Positions 1-9,690 of a stretch of DNA of 64,000 nucleotides are shown piece by piece. The translations under genes and the position numbers were made by a program. The DNA is taken from positions 1 to 64,000 of the forward strand of contig JBMFKU010000003.1 in the NCBI GenBank assembly GCA_049971805.1. Direction: 5' to 3'. The DNA comes from Caldisphaera sp. (GTDB lineage Archaea; Thermoproteota; Thermoprotei_A; Sulfolobales; Acidilobaceae). A model generated the notes under the pieces. It ran no database searches and was not told where the DNA came from. It worked only from the letters and a program-made list of their open reading frames with translations. The stretch's first letter is position 1. Each line of letters starts with the position of its first letter.

Positions 1-265
1 ATGCATCTTTAACAACTTGTTTACAAATTTATGAACATAATCCTTAACGCGTTTTTTCCCCTATGGGAGTACTTCTTCAATAGCTCCTTACCTTTTCTAC
101 CATGTTTAGAAGCAAAGGATTGTATTTTTTTCTCCTCTTTACATATTCTTTCAATGTGCAATAAGATATACCTAAGCGTTGGCAAACTTCCTTAGGTCTT
201 AGCATCATAATTAATATTGTATTCAAGATATGTAAGCTTCATGGTTTATTGGAAACTGTTGTCAA
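1..265 (-). mobile_element. Internally deleted IS607-family element remnant (TnpA N-terminus joined to a frameshifted TnpB mid-section); truncated by window edge
   Basis: Minus-strand ATG at 208 reads MMLRPKEVCQRLGISYCTLKEYVKR (IS607 serine-recombinase MerR-type HTH start, as in Sulfolobales ISC1904-like elements). In shifted frames it continues as IQSFASKHGRKGKELLKKYSHR...RVKDYVHKFVNKLLKMH (TnpB helical segment). The left-end boundary is approximate. Confidence 0.8.
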
Positions 266-389
266 CGACATAAAATATAATAAGCCTCACTCTTCAAGCT
301 AAAGGAAATCAAAGTTTTGATTAAATAATAAAGAGTAATATTTAATAATTTAGAAATTAAAACCCATTAGATAGGAGGGAGTTTAATAC

Positions 390-1127
390 ATGCAATCTAA
401 TTTCGTTACTAAGAGTGGATTGCCTGTTAAAAAAATTATAGAATTTGATCCGATAAGGCAAACAATTGCCGAAAGAATGACAGGAAGTCTTCATGATACG
501 GCTCAATTAACATTGATGAGTGAAATCATAGTAGATGGCTTGATAGAAGCTAAAGATAGATTCAGCAAAGAATATAATTATAAGTTTACATATACAGAAA
601 TTTTAGCAAAAATAATTGGAAAATTATTAGAAAAAGAGGAAAATCAATATCTTAATGCTGTTTTAGAAGATAATAAAATAAAAATAATATCGCCAGTAAA
701 TTTAGGAATAGCTGTCTCTACAAACTATGGTCTTGTTGTTCCAGTTGTGAAAGACATTACATCAAAATCATTACTTCAGATTTCTGAAAATTTAAGAGAA
801 TTAAGTGATAAAGCTAGAGAGATGCAACTTACTTTAGATGATATTGAAGGAGGAACCTTTACATTAACTAATTTGGGCATGTTTGGAATAGATTCGTTTA
901 CACCTATAATTAATCCACCTCAAACTGGAATTTTAGGTGTTGGTAGAATAGTGAAAAAACCAACATATGATGAATTAACATCTAGTATTAAAATATCAAA
1001 TACATCATGGATGAGCTTAACATTCGATCATAGAATTCTTGATGGCGCAATGGCATCAATTTTTTTAAAAGAGTTGTCCGAAGTTTTATTAAGCTATGAA
1101 GAAATAAAGAGTTTCATAAGTTTTTAA
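390..1127 (+). CDS. 2-oxoacid dehydrogenase E2 (dihydrolipoamide acyltransferase), catalytic domain only
   Basis: GGTFTLTNLG, FTPIINPPQ and catalytic DHRILDG motifs; no lipoyl or E3-binding domain; GGAGGGAG SD upstream. Confidence 0.9.
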   Translation: MQSNFVTKSGLPVKKIIEFDPIRQTIAERMTGSLHDTAQLTLMSEIIVDGLIEAKDRFSKEYNYKFTYTEILAKIIGKLLEKEENQYLNAVLEDNKIKIISPVNLGIAVSTNYGLVVPVVKDITSKSLLQISENLRELSDKAREMQLTLDDIEGGTFTLTNLGMFGIDSFTPIINPPQTGILGVGRIVKKPTYDELTSSIKISNTSWMSLTFDHRILDGAMASIFLKELSEVLLSYEEIKSFISF

Positions 1128-1149
1128 CTATAATTAAAAGGGAATTTAA

Positions 1150-1413
1150 ATGAAAATTACAGTAATGTATGGGGGCGAATATACTAGGATAGCAAAAACT
1201 AATAAAGAAGAGCTGGATGTTAATGATAATTGTGCTATAGACGATCTATTAAGTTTTTTAAAGGAAGAACATGGAGATCTAATAATTAAAGGGATAGCTA
1301 ATGGAGATGCATTATTATTGCTAAATGGAAGATCCATTAAGCCTAATAGTAAGTTATTACTAAAAGAAGGAGACTTTATTTCTATTCTCCCCCCAGTAAA
1401 AGGGGGCTTTTAA
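1150..1413 (+). CDS. MoaD/ThiS/SAMP-like ubiquitin-like protein ending in GGF
   Basis: 87 aa beta-grasp pattern, LLNGRSI...LKEGDFISILPPVKGG(F). Confidence 0.85.
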   Translation: MKITVMYGGEYTRIAKTNKEELDVNDNCAIDDLLSFLKEEHGDLIIKGIANGDALLLLNGRSIKPNSKLLLKEGDFISILPPVKGGF

Positions 1414-1498
1414 TAAAGCTCTAGTTTTTAAAATTTATTAATATATTTTTCGTATTAATTTAAAAATAGAATTATACAATTTATTTTTGGGGAATAAA

Positions 1499-2170
1499 AT
1501 GGTTAAATATGACATAATAGGAAGTGAAATGCAATATCTTTTAGTAAGCTTGGAAATGGGTGAAGAAGTATTTGTAGATGGAGGGCACATAATTTATAAA
1601 GATAAAACTGTATCATTAAATGCTAAAATGCAAGGCGGGTTATTTGGTGCCCTTAAAAGGGAAATAACAGGTACATCATTTTTCTTGCTAGAAGCCAAGG
1701 GTCCAGGCAAAATTGCACTTTCTTCTCCTTTAGCTGGAAAAGTAATTAAAGTAGATTTAAATGGAAATGGTATTTTAGCAGAACATGATTCATTTTTATC
1801 ATGCGATAATTCAGTAAGGTATGATGCTAAATTGGGGAGCTTAACAGCGGGTATCTTTGGGGGAGAGGGCATATTTTTAGCAAAGTTAGAAGGTAATGGA
1901 TCTGTATTTTTGCATTCTGTTGGACAAGTTAATCAAATACATCTTAATAGAGGAGATGAATTAAATATAGAAGCATCTCATTTGATAGCCTTTGAAAGCA
2001 ATATGGATTATGGTATAACAAGGGTTGGTGGATTAAAAACAATGTTATTTGGCGACGAAGGATTGTTTTTTGTCAACATTAAAGGAGAGGGTAATGTCTG
2101 GGTTAAAAGCTCTTCTAGAAGAGATATGGCATTATCTTTATATAAATATATGCCGAAACAAAACAAGTGA
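1499..2170 (+). CDS. AIM24/TIGR00266 family protein
   Basis: Repeated GGEGIF/GDEGLF and G.G.VF/VW motifs; ATG at 1499 after GGGG SD chosen over TTG 1487. Confidence 0.85.
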   Translation: MVKYDIIGSEMQYLLVSLEMGEEVFVDGGHIIYKDKTVSLNAKMQGGLFGALKREITGTSFFLLEAKGPGKIALSSPLAGKVIKVDLNGNGILAEHDSFLSCDNSVRYDAKLGSLTAGIFGGEGIFLAKLEGNGSVFLHSVGQVNQIHLNRGDELNIEASHLIAFESNMDYGITRVGGLKTMLFGDEGLFFVNIKGEGNVWVKSSSRRDMALSLYKYMPKQNK

Positions 2171-2246
2171 TTTGATAAAAAAATAAATACATCAACAAAA
2201 TTGCAAGAAAGTTTATCCATTTAAGATAGGTAAAAAATGATAGGGT

Positions 2247-2330
2247 AAAATAAACGGCTAACCTCGCCTTTAAGGCTGGGTAATGCTTTTAAGGTTTGTT
2301 TTTTAAATAATTAGATAAGCAATAGTCATC
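2247..2330 (+). repeat. IS200/IS605-like left-end repeat, copy A (hairpin plus promoter-like tract)
   Basis: aaCCTCGCCTTTAAGGCTGGGtaatgcttttaaggtttgttttttaaataattagataagc; closely matches 59091-59173 (+) and 53098-53166 (-). Confidence 0.75.
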
Positions 2331-2617
2331 TTGTGTATTGTTAACACCTCATATGCCAGAACCTAGTAGTTATACTAGTAAAGCAACTATTTATATGGCA
2401 TTGAAATAAATTATACATTATGTTAAAAAGGGATCAGTTTGAAATCCAGTAAATAAAGTTTGTAAAGAGAGTCATGATATTGAGGATTATTGGAATTATT
2501 TAAAGTGATCAACATTAACTTTTATTAATGCAATGTTTATGTATATAAATTGAAAAGAGGAGAATTTTACTTTTAAGAAGGGGAAATTAAAGTTTTGTTA
2601 AATCGAAATATTTATAA

Positions 2618-3511
2618 TTAGCTGTTTAGATTTTCTTTAATAACTCTCATAGCATTTTTCCATAATACTTTATCTGCATTATCTTTTATTGATTCTCCAA
2701 TTTTTGTAATTAAAGAAATATTTTCAAATCCCTTAATTGTGTTTTCCATACCCAAAAAATCAGTACCTATTGCTACATAATCCCATCCATAAGTTTCTCC
2801 TATTTCATTTATTACTTTTAGATAACCATCAATAGATGGTTCAGGTAAAACTTTTTCCCAAGCCATTACTCCTATAACTCCTTTATTTTTGACTATTGCT
2901 TCTATTTCTTCATCATCTAGATTTCTTGGATGGTCCTTTAACTTTCTGTATGCTGTGTGAGAAACTATAACTGGCTTATTTGTTATGCTGATTACATCAA
3001 GCAGTGTTTGCTTTGAGGCATGAGCTAAATCTATAATTATCCCGAGTTTGTTTGCCAATTTAACTAATTCTTCTCCCTGACCTGTTATACCATAGTCTTT
3101 TTTTGACATGCACGATGCTGCAAATTTTGTATCATAGTTCCATGTTAAGCCTATAGATTTAAAATTAAGCTCCTTTAAAAAAAGTATATCGTAAGGATCT
3201 GTTAATGCATCGGTTCCTTCTAGGCTTATTAAGAATTTTATGCCTTCTTTTTCCAGATCGTTTTTATTTCTTACAATTTTTATTAATCCATTGTCTTCAA
3301 GCCTATAAAATATTTTAACTTGATTTACTATCGATTGGAAATACATTATAGAATTATGTAAGTTTTCCATAGCCGGAAAGACTGCTGAAAATATTAAGAC
3401 GTCTTCAAGTTCTTTTAATTTATTTAAATCTGATTGATAGTCACCTTTTATTAAATCATTTCCCAACGAGGCCGAATAACCAAAATCTTCATGCAAATCT
3501 ACATATCTCAA
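2618..3511 (-). CDS. Membrane dipeptidase family (peptidase M19) metallo-dipeptidase
   Basis: VDLHED, SLEG, GLTWN, IDLAH, VSHT, RNLDDE and IGTDF motifs; start moved to TTG 3511 after GGGG SD. Confidence 0.9.
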   Translation of the reverse strand: MRYVDLHEDFGYSASLGNDLIKGDYQSDLNKLKELEDVLIFSAVFPAMENLHNSIMYFQSIVNQVKIFYRLEDNGLIKIVRNKNDLEKEGIKFLISLEGTDALTDPYDILFLKELNFKSIGLTWNYDTKFAASCMSKKDYGITGQGEELVKLANKLGIIIDLAHASKQTLLDVISITNKPVIVSHTAYRKLKDHPRNLDDEEIEAIVKNKGVIGVMAWEKVLPEPSIDGYLKVINEIGETYGWDYVAIGTDFLGMENTIKGFENISLITKIGESIKDNADKVLWKNAMRVIKENLNS

Positions 3512-3690
3512 CTTAATCCCCCTATAATTTAAATAATACTCGTATAAAAATATTTTTAAAATAAAATTAAATTTGTCAACCAAGATATTATTTTTTAATA
3601 GCACATTTCTTGATTTAGGCTATGCAATCTTCTTTGCAATTATATAGGTTATAAAATAAAGATAAACCTCGCGTTTTATTGCAGAAAAGA

Positions 3691-5238
3691 TTAGATATAA
3701 TCCCATACCCCTTTCCCTTTATAATTATATACAATTGATTTCATTGCTGTCACTTGTTCGATACTATATCCTATACCTTCTCTACCTATACCTGAATCCT
3801 TTCTCCCTCCGAAGGGGTAGTAATTGATACCATGCTTTGGCATATCGTTAATGTAAATAGCTCCAACCTCTAGGAATCTAACCAACTTTCTAATTTTGTT
3901 TACATCCTTACCGAAGATTGATGCGTCTAATCCATACCTTCTGCCATTTGAAAGTTCTATTGCTTGATTTAAATCGTTAAACTTGGTTATTATTGCTATG
4001 GATGAAAATATTTCTTCTTTATATGTAATTAGATCTTTGATTTTATCTATTTGTTCGCATTCTATTAAAGCAGGTTCTATGAAGGTTTCATTAATTCTTT
4101 TCCCTCCATATATTATTTTGCACCCCTTAGCTATGGCATCTTTTACTCCTTCTTCCCATTGATCCGCGCTGGACTTATCAATTAAAGGTCCCATGCTAAC
4201 GCTTTTATCTCTTGGATCTCCTATCTTGACTTTGGATAGCTCATTAACTATTTTGTTTTTGAGTTCTTCGTATATGTTATTTTCTGCTAATATTAGTTTA
4301 ACAGAATCGCATCTCTGCCCGCTATAGCTAGTTATTGCTAGGGAAATCCTTTCTGCGGCCCAATTTACATCCGAATCACTTAATACTATAGCCGGATCTC
4401 CACCTCCAAGTTCCATTATAAATTGTTTAACTCCAGCTTCTTTCATTACTTCTATGCCAGTTTCTGTGCTGCCAGTTAAATTAATGATACTTATCTTATT
4501 ATTAGATATAACCTTAGACATAGATCTTCCAGGTATGGTAATTAAGCCTATGCTTTCCTTAGGAATTCCTGCTTCCAATGCTATTTTTAATAAAAATAGA
4601 GATGGTATAGGATCAGAACTGGGAGGCTTTAAGATTAGTGCATTTCCAGGTAAAATTGTATATGTTATTTTATTTGCGCTATCAAATAAAGGATAGTTAA
4701 ATGGTATTATTATTAAAGAAATTCCATATGGTTCCCTTCTAATTAATGCCTCTGTTTCAAGTGCTTCAGTACTCCAATCTCCCGGTATTAAATCTCCTAC
4801 TATTTTTCTCAGATCTAGCGGAGCCTTTCTTAGCCTTTCTATTGTTGCATCAACCTCTCCTTTAGCAGAGTTATAAGGTTTTCCAGCATTTATTACTAAA
4901 GAATCTATTATAGCATCTTTATGTTTTTCTAAGAGATCTGCCATTTTTTCAATAGCCTTTAGTCTTTGATCCCCTGGCAGATCTCTTATTTTCCATTTAC
5001 CAACTTTATACATTTCATTAATTGCTTTTTCTACCTCATTTTCACTGGGCCTAGATAAATATGCAATTATATTATAATCTATTGGGGAAAATATTTTAGA
5101 CCTATCATCGCTCTTTCTCCATTCCCCATTTAAAAAATATTTAAAAACTGGAATACCATTTTCAACTTCATATATTTCATTAAAGAAAGGATCGTTTAAA
5201 CTAAGATAAGTTTTTTCCTTTATTTTAAATTCGCTCAA
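3691..5238 (-). CDS. gapN: Non-phosphorylating NADP-dependent glyceraldehyde-3-phosphate dehydrogenase (ALDH superfamily)
   Basis: PFNYPL, TGSTETG, MELGGGDP, SGQRCD; C-terminal YNYKGKGVWDY typical of archaeal GAPN. Confidence 0.9.
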   Translation of the reverse strand: MSEFKIKEKTYLSLNDPFFNEIYEVENGIPVFKYFLNGEWRKSDDRSKIFSPIDYNIIAYLSRPSENEVEKAINEMYKVGKWKIRDLPGDQRLKAIEKMADLLEKHKDAIIDSLVINAGKPYNSAKGEVDATIERLRKAPLDLRKIVGDLIPGDWSTEALETEALIRREPYGISLIIIPFNYPLFDSANKITYTILPGNALILKPPSSDPIPSLFLLKIALEAGIPKESIGLITIPGRSMSKVISNNKISIINLTGSTETGIEVMKEAGVKQFIMELGGGDPAIVLSDSDVNWAAERISLAITSYSGQRCDSVKLILAENNIYEELKNKIVNELSKVKIGDPRDKSVSMGPLIDKSSADQWEEGVKDAIAKGCKIIYGGKRINETFIEPALIECEQIDKIKDLITYKEEIFSSIAIITKFNDLNQAIELSNGRRYGLDASIFGKDVNKIRKLVRFLEVGAIYINDMPKHGINYYPFGGRKDSGIGREGIGYSIEQVTAMKSIVYNYKGKGVWDYI

Positions 5239-5376
5239 GTTTGTTCGCCAAATAACATTGGCATTTTATTATATTTAAGCTTAAATATATATATTAAATA
5301 TATATTAAAGATCAGCCCTTTCTTTCACCGAAAATTAAGGTTTGTCCTTACTTTATCAGGCTTTTTTCCTATTTTT

Positions 5377-6020
5377 ATGCGTGAGGTGAGAGAGTTAGAT
5401 GCTATTGAAACTATCTTAAATCATAGATCAATAAGAAAATATAAACCAAATAAGAAAATACCTAGAGATGACTTAGATTTAATATTAAAATCAGCACAAA
5501 GAGCTTTAACAATTACAAGCCTTCATCTATGGACAGCTATTAGGATAACTGTTTTAAAAAAGATTTCAGAAATTACAAAAGCAAAAGCAATATAGAAGAT
5601 GCTTCCGATTTTCATATTTTTAGCTAATCTTTATAAAAATAAAAAATAATGGGTATGTTTGACATAATTTCTTCTGAAAACGATTTTGCATCATTAATAT
5701 TTGCTTCAATAAATGTTGCTTTGGCCGCAAACAGAATCTCTTGGCTATGATATTTGCTTTATAGGAAGTATTCAAGATGTATCTAAAGAAATTATAGAAA
5801 TACTTAAATTACCAGAAAGATTATATACATTATTTGGACTAACAATAGGGTTTCAAAAGAAAATCCACCTTTAAGACCTAGATTTTCAATGAAATCATTA
5901 ATATATGAGAATTTTTATGTAGATTACAGTTCAAATAAGTTAAATGAAATAATTAACTTAATGGATGATGTACTTTATGCTAATTATAAAGAGATTTTAT
6001 TAAATACATGCCTAATTAAG
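5377..6020 (+). pseudogene. Nitroreductase (NfsA/Frp-like) pseudogene
   Basis: ILNHRSIRKY N-terminus, then frameshifted fragments ESLGYDICFIGSIQ...LKLPE...LFGLTIG and ENPPLRPRF; several frameshifts and stops; end approximate. Confidence 0.8.
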
Positions 6021-6149
6021 GTAAATTTTCCCAAAGAAGTAAATAATTAATAGAGTTATTGAAGAAGTAAAAATAATTATTGATAAGTAATTTTAATTAA
6101 ATTGTAGACCTTATAAATGCGTTACAAAAATAAATATTAGGGGAAAAGG

Positions 6150-6839
6150 ATGATACTTAGTCCAGCAAATGGTCCGCCAATTATATATCTTGATACAAAT
6201 GCGATATTAGATATAATAAGCGGTATAGTGGGTCTATCTGTTAGCTATGTATCGTATAAATATAATAGATTAATTCAAGAAAGGATTTTAGATTATATAA
6301 GCCTAGGGTTTATTTTATTGGGCATAGGATTAGTTATACAAGGTTTTATTATGTTATTGTTAGGATTTAACTTCGCTAGAATCAGAGAAGACATTAGGCT
6401 AACTTATATATCATCAGTAATGTATTTGATATTACAATTGGCTGCATATTTAATAATAACAGTAGGTTACTCAAGAGAAGCTTATTGGTCCAAAAGCGCT
6501 TTAGGCTTTTTATTAACTTATTTTGTAATAAAGAAAAGAGAATATCTTTTGTTGGGAGCATACATATTTGATGCTTCTCAGCTAATAATAATTTTACTTT
6601 TGGGATTTATTGTCTTTTTAGGCTTTTTAGTTCATGTTAGAGATAGAAGCTCATTTTCATTGCTGGTGTTATTGTCTTTCTTTCTAATGTTAGTGTCACA
6701 TATAACTTTTCTATTTTCATCGCTAATATTTTCCGATTTTTACTACTTAATAGCTAATATAATACAATTCCTAGGATTTTTGCTATTGTTGGTTTTCTTA
6801 GTAAGGAGTGGTCATATTGGCAGAACAAAAGAAAAATAG
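6150..6839 (+). CDS. Polytopic membrane protein (about 6-7 TM), function unknown
   Basis: 229-aa ORF with successive hydrophobic segments; overlaps the downstream wHTH gene. Confidence 0.7.
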   Translation: MILSPANGPPIIYLDTNAILDIISGIVGLSVSYVSYKYNRLIQERILDYISLGFILLGIGLVIQGFIMLLLGFNFARIREDIRLTYISSVMYLILQLAAYLIITVGYSREAYWSKSALGFLLTYFVIKKREYLLLGAYIFDASQLIIILLLGFIVFLGFLVHVRDRSSFSLLVLLSFFLMLVSHITFLFSSLIFSDFYYLIANIIQFLGFLLLLVFLVRSGHIGRTKEK

Positions 6840-7101
6840 ATCAAGAGTAAAGATATATCTAGACATATTAGAAACAATTGAAATCGAGGAAAAGGTAAGA
6901 CTAACTAGGATTATGTATAGTGCTAATCTCCCATATGATAGGCTTTTGAAATATATTGATGAGCTAAAAGAAAAAGGATTTATAAATGAAATAAATGATA
7001 ATGATAATAGATTCTTTATCTTAACAGATAGGGGGAAGGAATTTATTAAAGAATTAAAAAAAGTAGAATCATTTTTAAGGGGCTTTGGGCTATCTCTATG
7101 A
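6808..7101 (+). CDS. Winged-helix transcriptional regulator (COG3432/HTH_45-like)
   Basis: RSRVKIYLDIL...TRIMYSANLPYDRLLKYIDEL..KGFI...LTDRGKEF; true start may be TTG 6817. Confidence 0.85.
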   Translation: MVILAEQKKNRSRVKIYLDILETIEIEEKVRLTRIMYSANLPYDRLLKYIDELKEKGFINEINDNDNRFFILTDRGKEFIKELKKVESFLRGFGLSL

Positions 7102-7359
7102 TAAATAATTAAGCTATAAATTTAAAAAATAACAAAAATATATCTGAGGAAACCCATAAAAATAGGTAAGAATAAATGGCAAATATGATACTTCAAAGTA
7201 AATTTATAATTTATCTTTTCCAATAAGATGTTATAAGATTTTGTAATTTTATCAAAAAGTAAAAATTTTGTGGAATTGTAAATAGACGCAGCGTATAGAC
7301 CAGTTGTACTTATTTGTATATATTTTCAAAATTTAGATTTCATCTAGGGGGAAATTAAA

Positions 7360-8637
7360 ATGAAAGGACCAATAATGATATTCGGCGCTGATGGTTACAT
7401 AGGATGGCCACTTGCTATACATCTTGGAGTAAGGTATGATATACCGATAATAATGGTTGACAATTTTTCAACTAGAAAGCTTGTGAAGTCTGTTAAATCA
7501 GATTCCTTAATACCAATAAAATCTATGGCAGAGAGGATGTATTATTATAAAGAATTTTTTAATAGAGACAATTTAAAGTTTGAGGCAGTTGATGCTAGAG
7601 ATCCTAAGCAGGTTGATTTAATAATAAATAAACATAAACCAGAAGCAGTTGTTCATCTGGCTCAACAAAGAAGTGCACCATTTAGTATGGTAGACCAAGA
7701 GCACGTTTTATATACTGAGATGAATAATGTAGTCGCTAACATAAATATTATGTTTTCAATGGCAAGGCATGTTCCTGGGGCTCATCTATTAAAAATGGGA
7801 ACAATGGGAGAATACGGGACTCCTGGAATTGATATAACAGAAGGAGACATTGAAATAGAATTAAACGGGAGAAAGGCAAAAGTAATGTATCCTAGATTTG
7901 GGCAAAGCTACTACCACTTAACTAAGATATTTGATACATATAATTTATTGCTTGCTAATAAACTATATAATATAAGAGCAACAGATGTGATGCAAGGAGT
8001 CGTTTATGGTACTAGAACAGATGATATTGTAGATTATTCCTTAGCTACAAGGCTTGATTTTGACTCTAATTGGGGTACTGTTATAAATAAATACGTTGTT
8101 CAAGCTGTTCTTTTAAACGAGTTATTGATTTATGGTAAAGGAAAACAAACTAGGGGATTTTTGTCGTTATATGATAGCATTAATGCTCTCACTTTATTGC
8201 TTGAAAATCCACCAAAACAAGGCGAATATAGAATAGTAAATCAACTAGATGAAATATACAATACCTTACAGCTAGCTGAAAAAGTTATTGAGGTAGCAAA
8301 TGAATATGGGTTGAAGCCAAAGCTAAAAGGAATTGAAAATCCAAGAGTTGAGGCGGAAGAACATTATTATAATGTTGAGCACAAAATATTACCCTCACTA
8401 GGATTTTCAAGAAAGAAAGATATAAAAGATGTGATAAGAGAAATATTTGAAGATGTGATAAAGTTTAAGGATAGAGCCATTGCTATGAGAGAGCTAATAT
8501 ATCCAACAGTTAAATGGAGAAGTTCTGTAATAATGAGGAATGAATCTTTCCCAATGCCTGAAGAATATATGAAAATCCTAACTAGAGAAGAAATTATGAA
8601 AGAATTTGGTCCATTTCTTGATGAAGCCATGAGATGA
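7360..8637 (+). CDS. agl3: UDP-sulfoquinovose synthase (Agl3/SqdB, extended SDR)
   Basis: GADGYIGWP, HLAQQRSAPFSM, KMGTMGEYG, YHLTK, TDVMQGVVYG, ENPRVEAEEHYY. Confidence 0.9.
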   Translation: MKGPIMIFGADGYIGWPLAIHLGVRYDIPIIMVDNFSTRKLVKSVKSDSLIPIKSMAERMYYYKEFFNRDNLKFEAVDARDPKQVDLIINKHKPEAVVHLAQQRSAPFSMVDQEHVLYTEMNNVVANINIMFSMARHVPGAHLLKMGTMGEYGTPGIDITEGDIEIELNGRKAKVMYPRFGQSYYHLTKIFDTYNLLLANKLYNIRATDVMQGVVYGTRTDDIVDYSLATRLDFDSNWGTVINKYVVQAVLLNELLIYGKGKQTRGFLSLYDSINALTLLLENPPKQGEYRIVNQLDEIYNTLQLAEKVIEVANEYGLKPKLKGIENPRVEAEEHYYNVEHKILPSLGFSRKKDIKDVIREIFEDVIKFKDRAIAMRELIYPTVKWRSSVIMRNESFPMPEEYMKILTREEIMKEFGPFLDEAMR

Positions 8638-8642
8638 TTTAA

Positions 8643-9689
8643 ATGAAGGTATTACTAGTGTCTGAAATGGATAAAAGAACGAATAAAATAAGAAGAGGAT
8701 CTTACTTGAGATTTAAATATCCTCCTGAAGGTGTAAAGTATACACTATTTAAAGATCTAACCCAAGTAGCTAGTAATATTTCTCAGTATGAATACACTAT
8801 GAACAATTTCTTTAAAGTAATATTTAACTTAATATATAAAGGTTTTTCGCAGCCTATGGTAAGAGATGAAAATATAATTCACTCATTCTTCTGGAATTTT
8901 TATTTATACAATAAACCTTGGATTCATGAAAATGATGAAAGTCCAAGCCAATTTTTAAAACAATACTATGGTTATGAAGGATTTACCTATAATAGGGCAC
9001 TAGATTTTTTAGTTTATTATCTAAATTTCTCCCTATGTAGGGGTATAATAACTTGGTCGGAATGGGCAAGAAGAGGATTTATAAAGGATGGCGTGGATTC
9101 TTCCAAAGTTAAAGTAGTTCATTTGCCTATGGAAGTTCATAAAAAAATAGAGCATCAAGGTGTTAATGTAATTTATATAGGAAGGGATTTTTATAGAAAA
9201 GGAGGAGATATGGTTCTAAAAGTATTTTATAGATTATTGAAAGATTTTGATACCATAAAGTTATTTTATGTAGGATCCTTGCCAAATAACATAAGAAAGC
9301 TTGTGCAAGAAAATAAAAATATTTATTATTATCAAAATCCAAGCGATGATATGCTATATAATAAGTTATTGCCTGCATCGGATGTTTTATTTTTACCAAC
9401 TAGATCAGATGCATATGCTTTAACTATCGTAGAAGCAATGTCATATGGAATACCATCAGTTGTATCAAATATAAACTCAATCGGTGAAACAATAATTCAT
9501 GGAAAAACAGGTTTTATGGGATATGATGAAGATAGCTATTATAAATACATGGGCTTAATTATTGAAAATGAAAAACTAAGGAAATCATTTTCAGAGGAGA
9601 GTAAAGAATTAGTTAAAGAAAGGCACAATCCAGTGACCATAGGGAATGAAATTAAGAAAGTTTATGAAGAAGTGATTTCTGGTATGTAA
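8643..9689 (+). CDS. Glycosyltransferase family 4 (GT-B)
   Basis: YIGRDFYRKGGD and LPTRSDAYALTIVEAMSYGIP motifs. Confidence 0.88.
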   Translation: MKVLLVSEMDKRTNKIRRGSYLRFKYPPEGVKYTLFKDLTQVASNISQYEYTMNNFFKVIFNLIYKGFSQPMVRDENIIHSFFWNFYLYNKPWIHENDESPSQFLKQYYGYEGFTYNRALDFLVYYLNFSLCRGIITWSEWARRGFIKDGVDSSKVKVVHLPMEVHKKIEHQGVNVIYIGRDFYRKGGDMVLKVFYRLLKDFDTIKLFYVGSLPNNIRKLVQENKNIYYYQNPSDDMLYNKLLPASDVLFLPTRSDAYALTIVEAMSYGIPSVVSNINSIGETIIHGKTGFMGYDEDSYYKYMGLIIENEKLRKSFSEESKELVKERHNPVTIGNEIKKVYEEVISGM

Positions 9690-9690
9690 C

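Noticed and set aside
282-312. aagcctcactcttcaagctaaaggaaatc, and aacctcgcgttttattgcag at about 3665, resembling IS605 hairpin ends
   Set aside because: Too short and degenerate; the hairpins no longer pair, so not reported as features.
2331-2600. Possible TnpB remnant (PSSYTSK) downstream of left-end copy A
   Set aside because: Only a few residues match the xxYTSKxC motif; no Zn-finger cysteines or right end found.
3512-3604. N-terminal extensions in the ORF track for the dipeptidase (3604) and lysS (13453)
   Set aside because: AT-rich upstream sequence; better SD-supported TTG starts lie at 3511 and 13423.
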